Source of the DNA: Octopus sinensis
Taxonomy: Eukaryota
Length of the DNA stretch: 64,000 nt
Assembly (NCBI RefSeq): GCF_006345805.1
Contig: NC_043011.1
Location: 58,788,464-58,852,463 of the forward strand
Direction of reading: 5' to 3'
Part shown: positions 14,290 through 28,335 of the stretch, piece by piece
Position numbering within the stretch: the first letter of the stretch is position 1
Layout of the letters: every line of letters begins with the position of its first letter
The notes under the pieces: model-generated
The model's input: the letters and a program-made list of their open reading frames with translations, nothing else
What the model was told of the DNA's origin: nothing
The model's database searches: none
Translations under genes and position numbers: made by a program

Positions 14290-14570
14290 GAAATTATCTG
14301 TATATACCATTTCTTCACAATTGCATACATGTTTTTAGATTATCTCCTCTTCTCTTCTGTTTCAAGATGTTTACCCCTGTCCTATATATCGTACTAGTCT
14401 CCTCGAAGCAATTCTGTTCTATCTCCCTGTAAATGTCACAGTCTTTATGGCTGAATTAACATTCAATTGTATCCGAATCTCTAAATGCATTTTAATGGCT
14501 TAGTGGTTTCATACCTAAATTTTCTCTAGGAAGCATAATGCTACCATTGTGTTGTAGCAGAGGCCGAAAA
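14290..14570 (-). mobile_element. decayed CR1/L2-like LINE 3' coding fragment
   Basis: Frameshifted remnants RPLL..., LETRRERGDNLKT resemble RPHLEY...LE.RR.RGDLI. Confidence 0.3.
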
Positions 14571-15012
14571 GAAGAAATTGAATAAATATCCATCTCAATT
14601 CTTAAAACTTACATGGTGTCAGATCTGTTTCTTTGTTACATTTGACTTGTATGAAATAAAGATATTTAGTTCGAAATTCACGCTCCATTTGCTCTATCGG
14701 TTGGTATTGACAAATAAGCAAAAGACTAACAGTTTCCATTATTCTGGCAGAGGTCCACAAACATTGTATGCACGTAGACATACTTACACAAACGCACATA
14801 CGAACACACGCAAGAAATCACACACACACACACATATATATATATATACATAAATATACACACACACATATATATATATACATATATAAATATATATATA
14901 TATACATATAAATAGATAGATAGATATATACATATGTATATATTATATATATATATATATAGACGCATATATAAATATATATGTATATAAGTATATACAT
15001 ATATATGTATAT

Positions 15013-15071
<59 letters not shown>

Positions 15072-16604
15072 CTGCATATATTGTATAGTATAGTAGAGTA
15101 ATATTATCCTAAATATATACTTCAGATGCTTCTATATCCTTTCTGAATATTAGGACACTTCCACAGAAACTAAAATCATAGTCAAAATTGTTGCTATATT
15201 TAGTCTCATAATAGGCGATTCCTTTTGAATTGGAGTATAATATAGAAACACTTTAAGAAATCCTATTTCGGTGAGTGATTGTATTGTAGCACTGACTCGA
15301 TTGCGTAAGTTTAGTTAAAATACGAAAAGAAAAATATAGATGTAAGCACCAAAGCTTTATACGTTTGAAGACAAGGAAAAAATTGGCAAAATATCTGTTT
15401 AAGACATATTGAAGAATTGTAAATTGCGTTGGTTGCCGATGTGCATAAAGTTCTATATAAAACAGTAAAACGATCATTTCTTTATTTTTTTTCTTAATAG
15501 AAAACTCTTATTTTTTATGTCTATTCTTTCGGCCACTATAATGGAATGTTTTACATCCGTTCGAAATCTTCGTTTGTCACATATTTACTGACGATGAGAA
15601 GCATGCCAACACCATCTAAATATCATCTATATATACTACTAATATTGACACGAACGAATTCGATAACAAATAAGTTTTGTTATCTTTTAAATTCCTTTCT
15701 TCTAATATCAACAGATTTATACATTACAAACTTCTTTGCCTTGTTTTTTTCCCCATTTTACAGAGATTATATTTGTTTCCTATTTTGGAAGCAGGAAAAA
15801 CAACTCCTGTGAATTATGAAAATATTGATCAGATGCATTAGCACCATCTCAAAAAAGGTTTAGCAATTTGCATCGAGATTTGACTTCCTTTCTTTGCTAC
15901 ATGACTCAGACACGTAAAAACATAACCTACTCCAAATTACATAACATATATATATCTGCCCATAACAAGTGAAATTTCAGAAATTGAAACCTCTCATACA
16001 AAATTATTTGGAATTGTAATTGCGAAATATATTTTTTACACCCATATTTTGATAATATTACTTTTAATTTAGTAATTGCTGGAAATCAATAAAACTGTTT
16101 TCCACCACTTTAAGTATTTCTTATTCGAGGTAGAAATAAGTATTGTAATTCTAACGAAATGATTTGAGAAATCATAAACTAACTATCTAGAAAAATCGGT
16201 GAATGTTCCAGTGAATATTTTTATGGTGTGAATTAATGGTGATATAAGACAGAATAATATATTTTAGAGAAACATAAAAAATATTAAATTAATTCTGTTA
16301 GACTGATTCATCAAAGTTAGTATATTGTGTTCAACAAAATCACCGGCAGCGTCATTTGCTTTTCGCCTTGCACCGAGATTTGTAGATTTCTTCTGGGAAG
16401 CTCAAAATTAAATTACGTATTATTGGAAAGCATAATTATATTGAAAGGAGATTATTGTGACACAATTCACTAACTTCAAAGTACAGTAGAAACAGACGAT
16501 TGAAGTTGTAGCAATGTTGAAAAGAAAACATATATAATAACCATTATAGTTTAATAATGGTAGACTTGTTTCTGGAGTCCATCGCCAAAGAATACCTTTT
16601 ACCT

Positions 16605-16950
16605 TTTACCATTTACTTATTAGCATGAAGCCATGCTGAGGCACCGCTTTCATGAATTTTGTTCTAGTGAATCGACCCCAGCGCTTATTTTATCGATCTC
16701 CTAGGACTAACCGCTAGGTTATGGGAGTTTAAACACATCAATACTACTTGTCAAGCGATAATCGACAAAAACACACGTACACATGCATTCATGCGCGTGA
16801 GCACACATATACACATACAGTTTCCGTCTACCAAATACTGATACAAGACTTTGGTTGGCCCCAGGCTATAGGTACCCAAGGAACCACGCCGTAAAACTGA
16901 ACCTTGATCCATGAAGTTTGTAAGCTAGCTTCTTAGAACACATCCTGCGT
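16605..16950 (-). mobile_element. SINE family A, old diverged copy
   Basis: gccatgctgaggcaccgc...tttccgtctaccaaa...ttggttggccccaggctatag. Confidence 0.75.
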
Positions 16951-17896
16951 TTATCAACAAAAATGTTACAGAAGACAATTCTCTCGCTATTGAATTGTAT
17001 TCTGTAATCTTCCTGAAAGGAACTTTATTCATGACATGAATATGTAAAAAATAATAAATTAATTTTTCTTCTGACATCGAAGAAAACAAAACATGTACCG
17101 TTGTAGAAAAATAACTCAGATGTTCTATATATTGTTAAAAAGAATGTTCCATCAAAAGAGTAAATTTTTATAGTACTTTACACAATTTCTATCTACACAA
17201 TATTCTGAACCCTCCCTTGCGTACAGTTGTAAGATAATCACGTAAGTACACCGTGGAGACGTGCATGTAATTTAAACACTCGAATACACAATTACCCCAG
17301 AGAAGGATCCGTTTCTTGATATCAATTCAATAAATTTATGACAGTTCCTGAGAGAATATCTGAGGTAGCAAATTTGAAAGTATATACAGCAGCAACTGCA
17401 GCATTAGCGACAGAAGAAGTTCGTGGAAAATCAACCATTTTATTGTTTTAATGGCGTTCAATTCTGGCATTCTACCTTCCACAAAATACTCACAAAAATT
17501 AGGGACATATCCTCTTGTTTGTCAGGGCATAAATAATTGGGCCAAAATTGAGTAGCAATTAACTGTAAGAATATCTTTCAGTTCCTTTTCTAACATTTGT
17601 AGATCGACATAGCATGAAATATGCAGGATATTCATTATTTCAAGCGGTTTGCTGAGAATTCGGTTCATTAGTGTGAGGGCACATATATCAAATTTTCGGC
17701 ATTACTTCAGTTACAACACAGCAGTTAAGTTCTATGAATTATGTTATGACATGCCAAAGTCCATAATTTCTACAGTTCATCCTGAAACGTTGGGTTAACG
17801 AAGATGAGAATGTTGCAGATTTGATTGCATTCATTGAAATTGTAGACTTAAATATAACATTTCTTCTTGATGTAGCCCTAACCCTCACGCAAACCT

Positions 17897-18122
17897 ATTT
17901 CCTTACTGCCCACAAGGAGCTAAACACAGAGGGGAGAAACAAGGACAGACAAACGGATGAGGTCGATTATATCGACCCCAGTGCGTAACTGGTACTTAAT
18001 TTATCGACCCCGAAAAGATGACAGGCAAAGTCGACCTCGGCGGAATTTGAACTCAGAACGTAACGTCAGACGTAACACCGCTAAGCATTTCGCCCGGCGT
18101 GCTAACGTTTCTGCCACCTCGC
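17897..18122 (-). mobile_element. tRNA-derived SINE, family B, full length
   Basis: Reverse complement of 39300-39529; B box gagttcaaattcc; central ...ttcggggtcgataaattaagtaccag domain. Confidence 0.9.
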
Positions 18123-19006
18123 AAACCTTTCAAGGTAAATGACGACTGAGAGACGGCCACTGGTATTTAAGTTTAAAGATATACATACAAAAGTTCAGAA
18201 AACATATAGAACGTCAAGCATCTCATATTACTGACTGTATTGCGTGGGCGCCCCCAGACGATGAAGTAGACAAGCCCAAAACGTAGATATAGAGGGAGAA
18301 GTCTAGACGTCGAGTGGACTAGTGAGCAGAGTGTAGTAGAGAAGAGTTGAGTAGAGGTCATCCGAACGTGCGATATAACAGACTGGAAATAAATAAATCG
18401 ACTTATAGATTTTATAGATAATCTCAGGGTTCAGAAAGTGATATTAATTTAGTGTGCATCCAGCGGAACTCTTTTGGATTAGACTTATTTCGGCCTATCA
18501 AAACTAAAAAATGACAAATGATGAAGCATATCAAAGTGGGAAGAAATAGGAAATGTACGATAGCAATATCGGTGTCATAGACATCCTAAATCTAAAATAT
18601 TTACTACATTCCATTTACATGTTATGTTTGTAAGATACTTAATATAAAATTTGGGGGTTGCAGTAATTTCTTTTTATCTTGGGAGGGTCAGCATGTCAAT
18701 AATAAACACACGCACTGGTTCAATTTCACTCTATATTATTATTATTGGTTCCGCATTACACCAACCTTTTAATTGATCACGTGCTTAATAAGTAGATTAG
18801 ACAATAAATCATTTGCCAGTCACAGTCCTTTCGTCATCACATCAATGACATGTCCTCTCTCCCCAGGTCTACTTTAAATATATCAGTATTGTAATTAATA
18901 TATATGGTTATATTTTATTGTTTCAGTCATCCTTATTGGACAGGAACCACGCTGTCAGGAACCATGAGTGTATTTATATATATGTATTATATATATATAT
19001 ATATAT

Positions 19007-19037
<31 letters not shown>

Positions 19038-19146
19038 CTCATATGTATGTATACCCTATATATATATAATATATATATATGTATATATATATATATACAT
19101 ATATATATAATATACATATATATATATGTGTATATATATATATATC

Positions 19147-19204
<58 letters not shown>

Positions 19205-19431
19205 ATATATATAATATATATATATCCATACATGTATATGATCAGAATACGAGGCTATAACATTTTGGATATTCTTTGTTAGCGCTTCTGTCAGTTTATC
19301 GAACTCGAGAAAAAGTGCTAATTAAAGAATTCTGACGGCTTCCTTTTACTCAATATACAATAGCAGTACACCACTTCAAATACATACATATATATATATA
19401 TTATATATAATATATATATATATTATTTATC

Positions 19432-19479
<48 letters not shown>

Positions 19480-19912
19480 AAGAAAGAAAAAGTGAGAGGG
19501 TGATTACTCTTGTTCCTTTTTACATATGTATTGTGTATAACTAATATCATAAATTGAGTGCTTCTTTTTCTACTGATTATTATTATCTTGATCCCTTAAC
19601 TGAAAACAGCGAAGTGATTTACTTCACGCATTGGATGTCTGAACATATAGTTTGCAGTATCTTTGTGTAGCAAAGTAATTTCTTTTTTCGTTCTCTCTCC
19701 TAAGTGTTATTTCCTAGTAAACAAAAGCTAACTTGATTCTGTGGAAGTAACACGTTACATGTCTGGCACAGACGTTTAGAATTTAAAACCTTGGGATATA
19801 TCCTCTGCATATTAATAACATATTAATAAAATGTGCAACTTAGAAGACGTTGAGAAAGTCTGTTAAACACTGTGTTTTTATACGTACATATATACGTGTC
19901 TAATATATATAT

Positions 19913-19946
<34 letters not shown>

Positions 19947-20010
19947 CGTGTGTGTGTCTACATATATATATAAAGATATATATATTATATATATATTTAT
20001 CTGCATATAC

Positions 20011-20041
<31 letters not shown>

Positions 20042-20242
20042 ATAAAGATATTATATATATATATGCATATACATATATATATCCCCAAGTATGATATTTT
20101 GCGCTATGCCTACCCCAAAAAGTCCCCCACCAACACCCCTTTAAACCTGCCTAAATGTATAAATGCCAATACAATTCTTGTTAACTAGCTTCCTGAAGAT
20201 TTCTCTTGAATGAAACAGTTCTAGTCCTGTAGAAGCTCCTTC

Positions 20243-20306
<64 letters not shown>

Positions 20307-20368
20307 ATATATATATATGTTTATATACATATATATATATATATGTATATATGTTTATATATATATAA

Positions 20369-20432
<64 letters not shown>

Positions 20433-21004
20433 CAAATAGAAGCTAGTAAAGTAACATATATGTCATTTAAAACCTTTTATTATTTTAAAAATTTCTTAAA
20501 ATGCCCAGAGAGAATATTTTGAAAGTAGTAATTGTGAAAAATGTAAAGTATATTTGAAAAAAAAAAGAATAAAGTTTGTTCGATGAAAATCTTTATGATT
20601 CGCATTTTCTCTCCGCCAGAGTCGTTCTAACCATTATTAAAACCATTTCCTATTGCGTAATCTCATATTTCGATTACAGGCAACGATATGGTTCAACATG
20701 AGAGTTGTAAATATTTTGCCACAATCTTTTGTAAGAGAATTCTTTGAAACACGTAAACTTTTGGCAAGCTTATTTTACTTCGCTGGAAACCATTGCAGAT
20801 GTTGTACGAAGTACAAACGCCTTGTTCTTTTTTCCTTGTTCTACAAAAAGACAACGGAGAAGACCAGTTAAATACTGACTTCTTTCACTTTATTATCTTA
20901 ATTACAAGTGTTTAAATTGAAGAATTTCGCTAATGCTTATTATATTCACCCTGGTAGATCGATTGGTATTTCAAATTTTATCACAAGGCCATCAATTTCG
21001 GAAG

Positions 21005-21160
21005 AGGGGATAAAATACTTACATCGACCCCAGTTCTCATTTTATCGATCCGAATGGTGAAAAGCAGAGACGACTTCACCGGAATCTGAAGGTAAACACA
21101 GACGAGACGCCAGCATTTAGCCCGGGGGGGTCTAACGTTTCTGCCAGCTCGCCGCCTTCC
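21005..21160 (-). mobile_element. SINE family B, diverged
   Basis: ctaacgtttctgccagctcgccgcc head; tttatcgatcc core. Confidence 0.75.
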
Positions 21161-21654
21161 GACGCAAATAAATATAAATGGTTTTCAACCTTTATCTCCG
21201 TATTTTGTCACTTCGTCTGCATTATGAATCTATAAGTCAAATAATTTAATATAATAAATGAAGGTGATTGAGTGGAGATAGTCTGTCAGTGTCCTCTGCT
21301 GTTACTAGTTTAAACGTCGGTGGGAAGCTAACACCAGTAAAATGAGCAAACGCTTGCCTGCAGGCAACAGCACACTCACTAACAAAACAGATGCAGTCGA
21401 TAGAAAGAGATAATTAAGCAATGAATAGAATTTTTATATACAGGAATGATGTTTCTATTCCAAGAGTTTACCCTTCAAAATCTTCATTATCTAAATAGAA
21501 TGAAATTAATTTCTATATAAAAAAGGAAGATGCATATCAAATGTAGTTACGGGAAATGCTGCAGTCGTAATGCAAATAAAATCTTTGGATTGTTAATCAT
21601 TCTATACTGGGAATGATAATATTTTCTAATGGCTGAAGACCGGCGGGAAATATT

Positions 21655-21830
21655 GATAGGGGTCTAGTCGTTGACTTCGACCCCAGTGCGCAAATGGTCC
21701 TTACATCATCAACCCTGAAAGGACGAAAGGCAAAGTTAATCTCGGAATTTGAACTTAAAACGTAAATACGGACGAAACAGCGCCAAGCATTTCGTTCGGC
21801 GGGATAACGTTTCTACAGCTCGCCGCCTTA
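21655..21830 (-). mobile_element. SINE family B, diverged
   Basis: cgaccccagtgcg...gaaaggacgaaaggcaaag...cagctcgccgcc. Confidence 0.8.
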
Positions 21831-21934
21831 TCCTGTGAAGATAATGATGAAAGTTTTGTAAACTTAGTTATTGTTTTTTTAGAAAGCTAATACTAGTTTC
21901 AAATTCTGGCTCAATGCCAACATGTCTGACGGAG

Positions 21935-22055
21935 GGGATAAGACGATTGCATGAACCCCAAGTGCTCAACTATTAATTATTTTATCGACCCTTTAACGGA
22001 TGAAAGTGAAGTTCAACTCAGAATGTAACGACGGACGAAATGCCGCTAAGCAGTT
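21935..22055 (-). mobile_element. SINE family B fragment
   Basis: ttttatcgaccc...aactcagaatgtaacgacggacgaaatgccgctaagca. Confidence 0.7.
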
Positions 22056-22617
22056 TCAGAGAAACCTAATAATAATTAGTCGTTACACATGACTTGTTTA
22101 CTGTATGGCTCGTTGAACACATCCGTTTGTTGTCAAATATTGCGGTGATTCAATCACAAGTAGAGTCATTACTGTTTTCAATAACGCCCTTGGCCATACT
22201 TCAAATCTTGTTCCACACGAAGCGTAGCTAATCATTTGAATGATATTCCTTCAACCGAGTACAGTCACGCTTCTACAAGCATTGTCCATTAGGGCGGATA
22301 CCATTTACGAAGCATTTCGTCTTAGAACATTCAGTGCTTCTAAGAATCAGATGTTAAATACCGACCCGTTAATAAATCGAAGAAAAAATATATGTTAAAG
22401 ACACCGAGAATATACTCAGGCGCACACAGACATATAGAAACACACTCATTCGCATACACAAACACACACGGTCACACGCACAGATCTATGTACATATATA
22501 CATGCATCGACATAAATCCAAATATATACGAGTATGTATATACACACTAACACACACAGGATACACACATGCATACACACAGGGCTCGTTTCCTATATTC
22601 TGTGACATACATACATA

Positions 22618-22699
<82 letters not shown>

Positions 22700-22702
<3 letters not shown>

Positions 22703-22997
22703 CATTAGTCCGTTGAATGATTGATCATTTTTTCCAGCCGAGTGGACTGAGGAACGTTCTGTGCTGAAGAACATAACGTATCCCTCCGTCCATCAATGGA
22801 AACCATAATCTCAAGATTACGATGCGCACCTCCACAAATTGGACTTGACCCTGACTCCTGTTTCTGACGAACAGCTTTGCTCCAAACGTAAAACAACCTT
22901 TCTTTCGTCCCATGAGCGTATGGTAATAATTTGCATGTACGATGTACTCGCGTTGTTTTTTTTGTCGTTGTCTGTTTTTCGTTTGTGGGGAATTTAT

Positions 22998-23000
<3 letters not shown>
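22700..23000 (+). mobile_element. Penelope-like terminus, family P2, with end of GIY-YIG ORF remnant
   Basis: FQPSGL(N)ERSVL-like remnant (PLE C-terminal P.GLN motif), then hammerhead motif; 22840-23000 aligns to 37950-38100. Confidence 0.6.
22860..22894 (+). ncRNA. minimal type I hammerhead motif (two mutations)
   Basis: GTTT CTGACGA A CAGC ttt GCTC CAAA CG TA AAAC. Confidence 0.5.
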
Positions 23001-23044
<44 letters not shown>

Positions 23045-23499
23045 GCAGATTGTCTTGAGATGAAATACTCCATGCTACAAGATGAACATATCATAGCAAA
23101 TATAGTCCATAAATGGTAGAACAGCTGTTAATTGAAGAATGTAGCGCAGGTGATATCCAAAATATGTTTCGTGCCGACCTCACTTGCATTCAATACAACA
23201 AACAGGAGTGGACATCATTATTGTATCTACTTCAGTCACCAATGAAATTCATCGACAATCATGGTTGAAAGCAAAGATCTGAATGCCGTAACGAATTAAG
23301 GTAAAAAAGTAAAATGAAGTTAATCGAATTATGATTTTAGAATTGAAAATATTTGCGTGCAAGAACTACAAATAAATCAGTCAAACTTTAATAATTTTAA
23401 ATGGATACATAGTGGCATATTTTCTATTGTACACAAAGTGAAGAACATGTATATAGTTAATAATAGCTTCCAATTTTTGCACGATGCTAGTAATTTCAG

Positions 23500-23645
23500 G
23501 GAAAGTGTTAGGTCTTTTAAATAAGTACCAGGGCTCAACTGGTACTTATTTAATATAGCCAAAATCGACTTCCGCTTAGAACCTAATGATTGACGAAATG
23601 CAGCCAAGAATTTTACCGGGATGGCTAACAACTACCCGCTCACCC
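23500..23645 (-). mobile_element. SINE family B, very diverged
   Basis: caactggtacttattt...gacgaaatgcagccaagaattttaccgggatggctaac. Confidence 0.55.
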
Positions 23646-23649
23646 AATT

Positions 23650-24125
23650 GTAACTATTCGACACACACTGACAGACACATACACGCACATACACATACAC
23701 ACACACATTTTTTGTATTTCGGATAGTCATTTTTTGCAGGAAATTACACGCACTATATATTCGTACTTCCCTCGTTTATTACTATTCTTATTATAACTCA
23801 TGTCCATTGTCCGCAAAGCTTTCATTACACATATGTGACCTCTTCCGCGACATTTTCTCTCCTCGTGCGTGATCTTGCACCGCTTAGTCCATTCTGTCTT
23901 CTATAATATGAGTCCTTAAGTAGAGCTGGGTCATGCACAGGGACGAAAGTGTCGCAGAAGAGGACGAAAGACTTTCGGACACTGAATTAGAAGAGGAACA
24001 ATAATAACGAGTGAAGAACGAATATATAGTGCATGTGTTTATTTGGCATGAAATATAATTAGAAATAACCATCCAGAAATAGAACAATATCTGTTTCAAT
24101 ACACGACTTCATATCAGAAATCTTG
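23650..24125 (+). mobile_element. probable DNA-transposon remnant (piggyBac-like acidic stretch)
   Basis: Complex non-microsatellite block encoding RDESVAEEDERLSDTELEEEQ*; family assignment is recall only, no TIR pair verified. Confidence 0.25.
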
Positions 24126-24144
24126 CAACACAGATTCATAACCG

Positions 24145-24201
<57 letters not shown>

Positions 24202-24625
24202 ACATCCCTTCATATATATATATATATATAATAACATCCCTTCATCGGAGACGGTGTGAGAGGAAAAATTAAGTCATAGTTAGTTTCGATGTGATACAAA
24301 TAGAGAGTGAAGTGGAGGAAAGAAAATAGATGCAACATATGTATGGTTATGGAGTTCATAATTTACTGAGTTCATATCCTAGAAACAGCTGTAAAACCTT
24401 CTATCTATAAATGCTCTAATACTTATACAGCCTTGTTTTTTTATCTCTTTACGCAAAAAATTCATCTATACACACGTTGACATAGAAACAACGTTGAACC
24501 CTTTATTCGCAATATTACCGAATCTGGATCTTAACTATGGTCTGTCTATAGCACTTATTCAGCATTACTTGGCACCTTTGGGTCTCAATGACACCAATAT
24601 CTCTTATAACCTCAACTTCTCGCTA

Positions 24626-24671
<46 letters not shown>

Positions 24672-25764
24672 ATGTGTGTGTGTGAGTATACATTAGAGAA
24701 AAAAACACTATTATGCAATTCAAACAATGATAGGCATAAACCAAATCAGAAATAAAAAACAAAAAAATATTTTTATATAAAACATATAACTAGATCACAA
24801 AAAGTATAAGAGTGAATGATCAATATATAATAAGTAAAAAACTATGTACGTTTGATGGCTATAATTAAATTCGAATTTCAATTCAATTTAAATTTAATCG
24901 AAAATCAATTTAATTTAAAATTATAGACACTCTTCAGGTTAACAATAATAGTTAAATAAATGAACAAATAGAGTTAAACAATATTTATTTAAAATATAAA
25001 AAATAAATAAATAATGATTATTCTTATAGAAGAAACTCCATTAACTAAATTTAAAACTTGAAACTTTAGCATGAGTTTCCTATAATACATTTATTATGTT
25101 AAATATTTAAGGTAAAAAATTATATATATATACTTAATACTGATTTACATATAATTTTGTTTGAAATCTACTTCTATATAGGAAGTACGCATTTTTGGAT
25201 TGAATTATAAATATTTTCAAAAATAGCTTCTATATATTGTTTGGTAGCACATTTTGCTGATGTGGATATTACATGTAAAATTCAAAAGATCTTACGTGTA
25301 TTAAAAAAAAATGCTTTAAATTCTTCTGATAACGAAGTTTCCGATAGCGAAATAAATTTTTTGTAACATCGTAAACTTTGCAATCTATATATAGGCTTAT
25401 GTATGCACAAACATGTATGTTTGCAAGTATGCTCACACTCATACATATGTTCATATGTGGCTATGTTCGTGTGTGGGCGTGTGCTTGCAGCTTTGCGAGT
25501 CGAGAGATACCGAAAAACAGTCAGAAAGACAGGCTAAGATAAAGCTTAAGTGACCAGCGAAAACGATACTAGCACATCAATAGACATATGGCAATATGTA
25601 TGGATGACTATATTAACAAGTATGGAGCTATCCATGATCAAATGGTAATATAAATTCATTGGTGAATAGCCATGCACCTGTGCTTGTGTGTTTCACGTAT
25701 ATATGTATGTACGTAAATTTATCGATGAACACATATACACACATGCGCACATGTATAGATTTAC

Positions 25765-25829
<65 letters not shown>

Positions 25830-25961
25830 GGCGAGCTGGCTGAAACGTTAGCACGCCGTGCGAAATGCGTAGCTGTATTTCGTCTGCCGTTACGTTCTGA
25901 GTTTAAATTCCGCCGAGGTCGACTTTGCCTTCATCCTTTTGGGGTCGATAAATTAAGTACC
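25830..25961 (+). mobile_element. SINE family B, 5' half
   Basis: Close match to 39303-39433. Confidence 0.9.
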
Positions 25962-26339
25962 CATATATGCATGTGTACGTCTAAGTAGTGAGGAAATACA
26001 AAAAATAAGTCAATGGGTGACAAGCGTATTTAATTTGGTTTAGTTCATTCTAAAATTTAGCTGCACAACGAATAGTAAAAATAGTTCTGAGGGAAGGGCG
26101 TTAATTAATACCATCAATTTTAGTCGATACCTGATACTTATTTTTGTGACCAGCAGAATGAAAATTAGAGTCGCATTGGTTGACCGTGAAGTCGGGACAT
26201 AACGAGTATTTTGTCGCTAAGATTGTGGTGCCACCTATTTATCAAGCTCACCCACTTAATCAATGATAATAAGAATTAATAGAAAATTAATACCACTAGT
26301 AATAACTTCTTTCCTCTATCACCCCAGATCTCGTAATTC

Positions 26340-26522
26340 ATGAGGGGTGTAATCTAATCCACTATCTCGGCCCAAGTACTCGACTGGTACCTATTTCGGC
26401 GATCGCGAATTGATGAAGAAAGAAAAAGTGGAACTAGACAGCAACTGAGCTGAGTATGTAGAGGCGGACGATATGTTAAGCATTTTACTCGGCGTGCATA
26501 CGCTTTGATAGCTCACCGCCTT
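26340..26522 (-). mobile_element. SINE family B, very diverged
   Basis: cgactggtacctattt...taagcattttactcggcgtgc...agctcaccgcc. Confidence 0.55.
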
Positions 26523-27313
26523 TATGATGCTAATAGTAATATGGATAATAGATATAAAATCAAATTAATTAAATATATATGTATATTGAAGGACAATCGA
26601 TATTTTGCCATGGGCATCATTTGTCCTACGTTGTATAGATATTCTGCTAAAATATCGATATTAATTGAAAACACTACACTTGACCCATTTATCTGTAAAA
26701 TCTGCAATTCTTTTTCTTAAAGTGCTTTCAGTTTGACCCACGTAATATTCTACATAGTAAACACATTATCTCATACATATGTTTTCTTTAATTTGAAACA
26801 TGTTTCCGAACATCAGATATGTTAAAACAACTTCCATAGATGGTACTGCCCAGGCTTTTTGATTGTTACTTCCATTGTGGAATGTACTTCAACGCTGATA
26901 ATTATTCTATTCAATGATTGTTGCTAGCTGTAATTGATTGTGTTTGTAGATTGCGATTCATCCTGGCGTTCTTTCTTTCAATCATAATTTGTGTCATTTT
27001 TTTTTCACGAAAGTGAGTTGAAAATAATTTTCGTTTAGATACTGTATTGCTTTCCTTTAGATGCGCAGTGTTAATTTACATTTAAATGCGCTGTCACTGG
27101 ATCAATGCGGAGGTTGCTTGAGTCTTTTGTATTCTATCATCTACTGAAGCTGATGAATATCTGTCGACGAGTATGTCCTCGTTTTCTTCCATTCGTATAT
27201 TATTTTCATACTAATTATTTATATTGCTGTGACTAAATGAAAAAATTTATATGTTACGAACGAAGAGATTCGAACCAATATTTACTTATGCTGCGTCTTC
27301 CAAATCATAAAAA

Positions 27314-27380
<67 letters not shown>

Positions 27381-27400
27381 TGTATATATATATATATATA

Positions 27401-27819
27401 TTCTCTTTTCTTTTATACTCTTATACTTGTTTCAGTCATTTGAATGCGGCCATGCTGGAGCACCGCCTTTAGTCGAGCAAATCGACCCGGGACTTATTCT
27501 TTGTAACTACAGTACTTATTCTATCGGTCTGTTTTGCCGAACCGCTAAGTTACGGGGACGTAAACACACCAGCATCGGTTATCAAGCAATGCTAGGAGGA
27601 CAAACACAAACACACAAACACATACACACACATACATATACAGATATATACATATATACGACAGGCTTCTTTCAGTTTCCGTCTACCAAATCCACTCACA
27701 AGGCATTGGTCGGCCCGGGGCTATAGCAGAGGACACTTGCCCAAGATGCCACACAGTGGGACTGAACCCGGAATCATGTGGTTGTTAAGTAAGCTACTTA
27801 CCACACAGCCACTCCTGCG

Positions 27820-27821
<2 letters not shown>
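27401..27821 (-). mobile_element. SINE family A, full length, low divergence
   Basis: High-identity reverse complement of 33453-33880. Confidence 0.92.
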
Positions 27822-27854
<33 letters not shown>

Positions 27855-27967
27855 TTTGATACTGTGATACTTTGATAGGTTTCGGCCATTATTGGCCCAG
27901 GCCATTTCTAACTTAATAGCACCACCTGGTGAAGTCTTTCAAGTCAGAATATATATATATATATTAT

Positions 27968-28335
27968 GGTTGCCCCCTCGTTATCGAGTATGGCCACTAC
28001 ACGAAGCTTAACTGTTACTGGTGCTGTGATCGAATGTGACTTTTTAGCCCAGCTAAAGATCTACAATGTCTTGTACAAAATTGGCAGCTAAAACTTTTAC
28101 CGGCAACAGCCGGCTGTAGTTGTAACTGGGCTTCATGTACCTTTGCATGCCGTTTAAGTCCTCCTGCCGAATTACACTCTCATCTACATGCCCGACAGAT
28201 ATGATTAGTATGGGGTGTTACACCACCACCAGTGGCCAAGCTGTCACTCATCTGTCTTGCTTTATTACTATGAAGATGACTCTTGAGTCCAGCTTGACTG
28301 AGGCAGAGTCTTGCACAGACACTGCAAGTACACAC
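27968..28335 (-). mobile_element. RTE-like LINE 3' end encoding three tandem C2H2 fingers
   Basis: CSVCARLCLSQAGLKSHLHS / CRACR*ECNSAGGLKRHAKVH / CQFCTRHCRSLAGLKSHIRSQH*, then a short UTR ...ctcgataacgagggggcaacc and an AT-rich tail. Confidence 0.7.

Noticed and set aside
14609-14689. Minus-strand phase 1-1 exon candidate QMEREFRTKYLYFIQVKCNKETDLTP with GTAAGT donor
   Set aside because: No recognisable homology or partner exons.
18255-18290. gacgatgaagtagacaagcccaaaacgtagat, and ctgaagatttctcttgaatgaaacagttc at ~20190: further hammerhead-like remnants
   Set aside because: Too many core or stem mismatches and no second copy in the window to build a consensus.
22738-22922. Apparent plus-strand exon AEWTEERSVLKNITYPSVHQWKP* and overlapping minus-strand ORFs
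   Set aside because: The region aligns to the repeat at 37950-38100 and is better explained as a PLE terminus.
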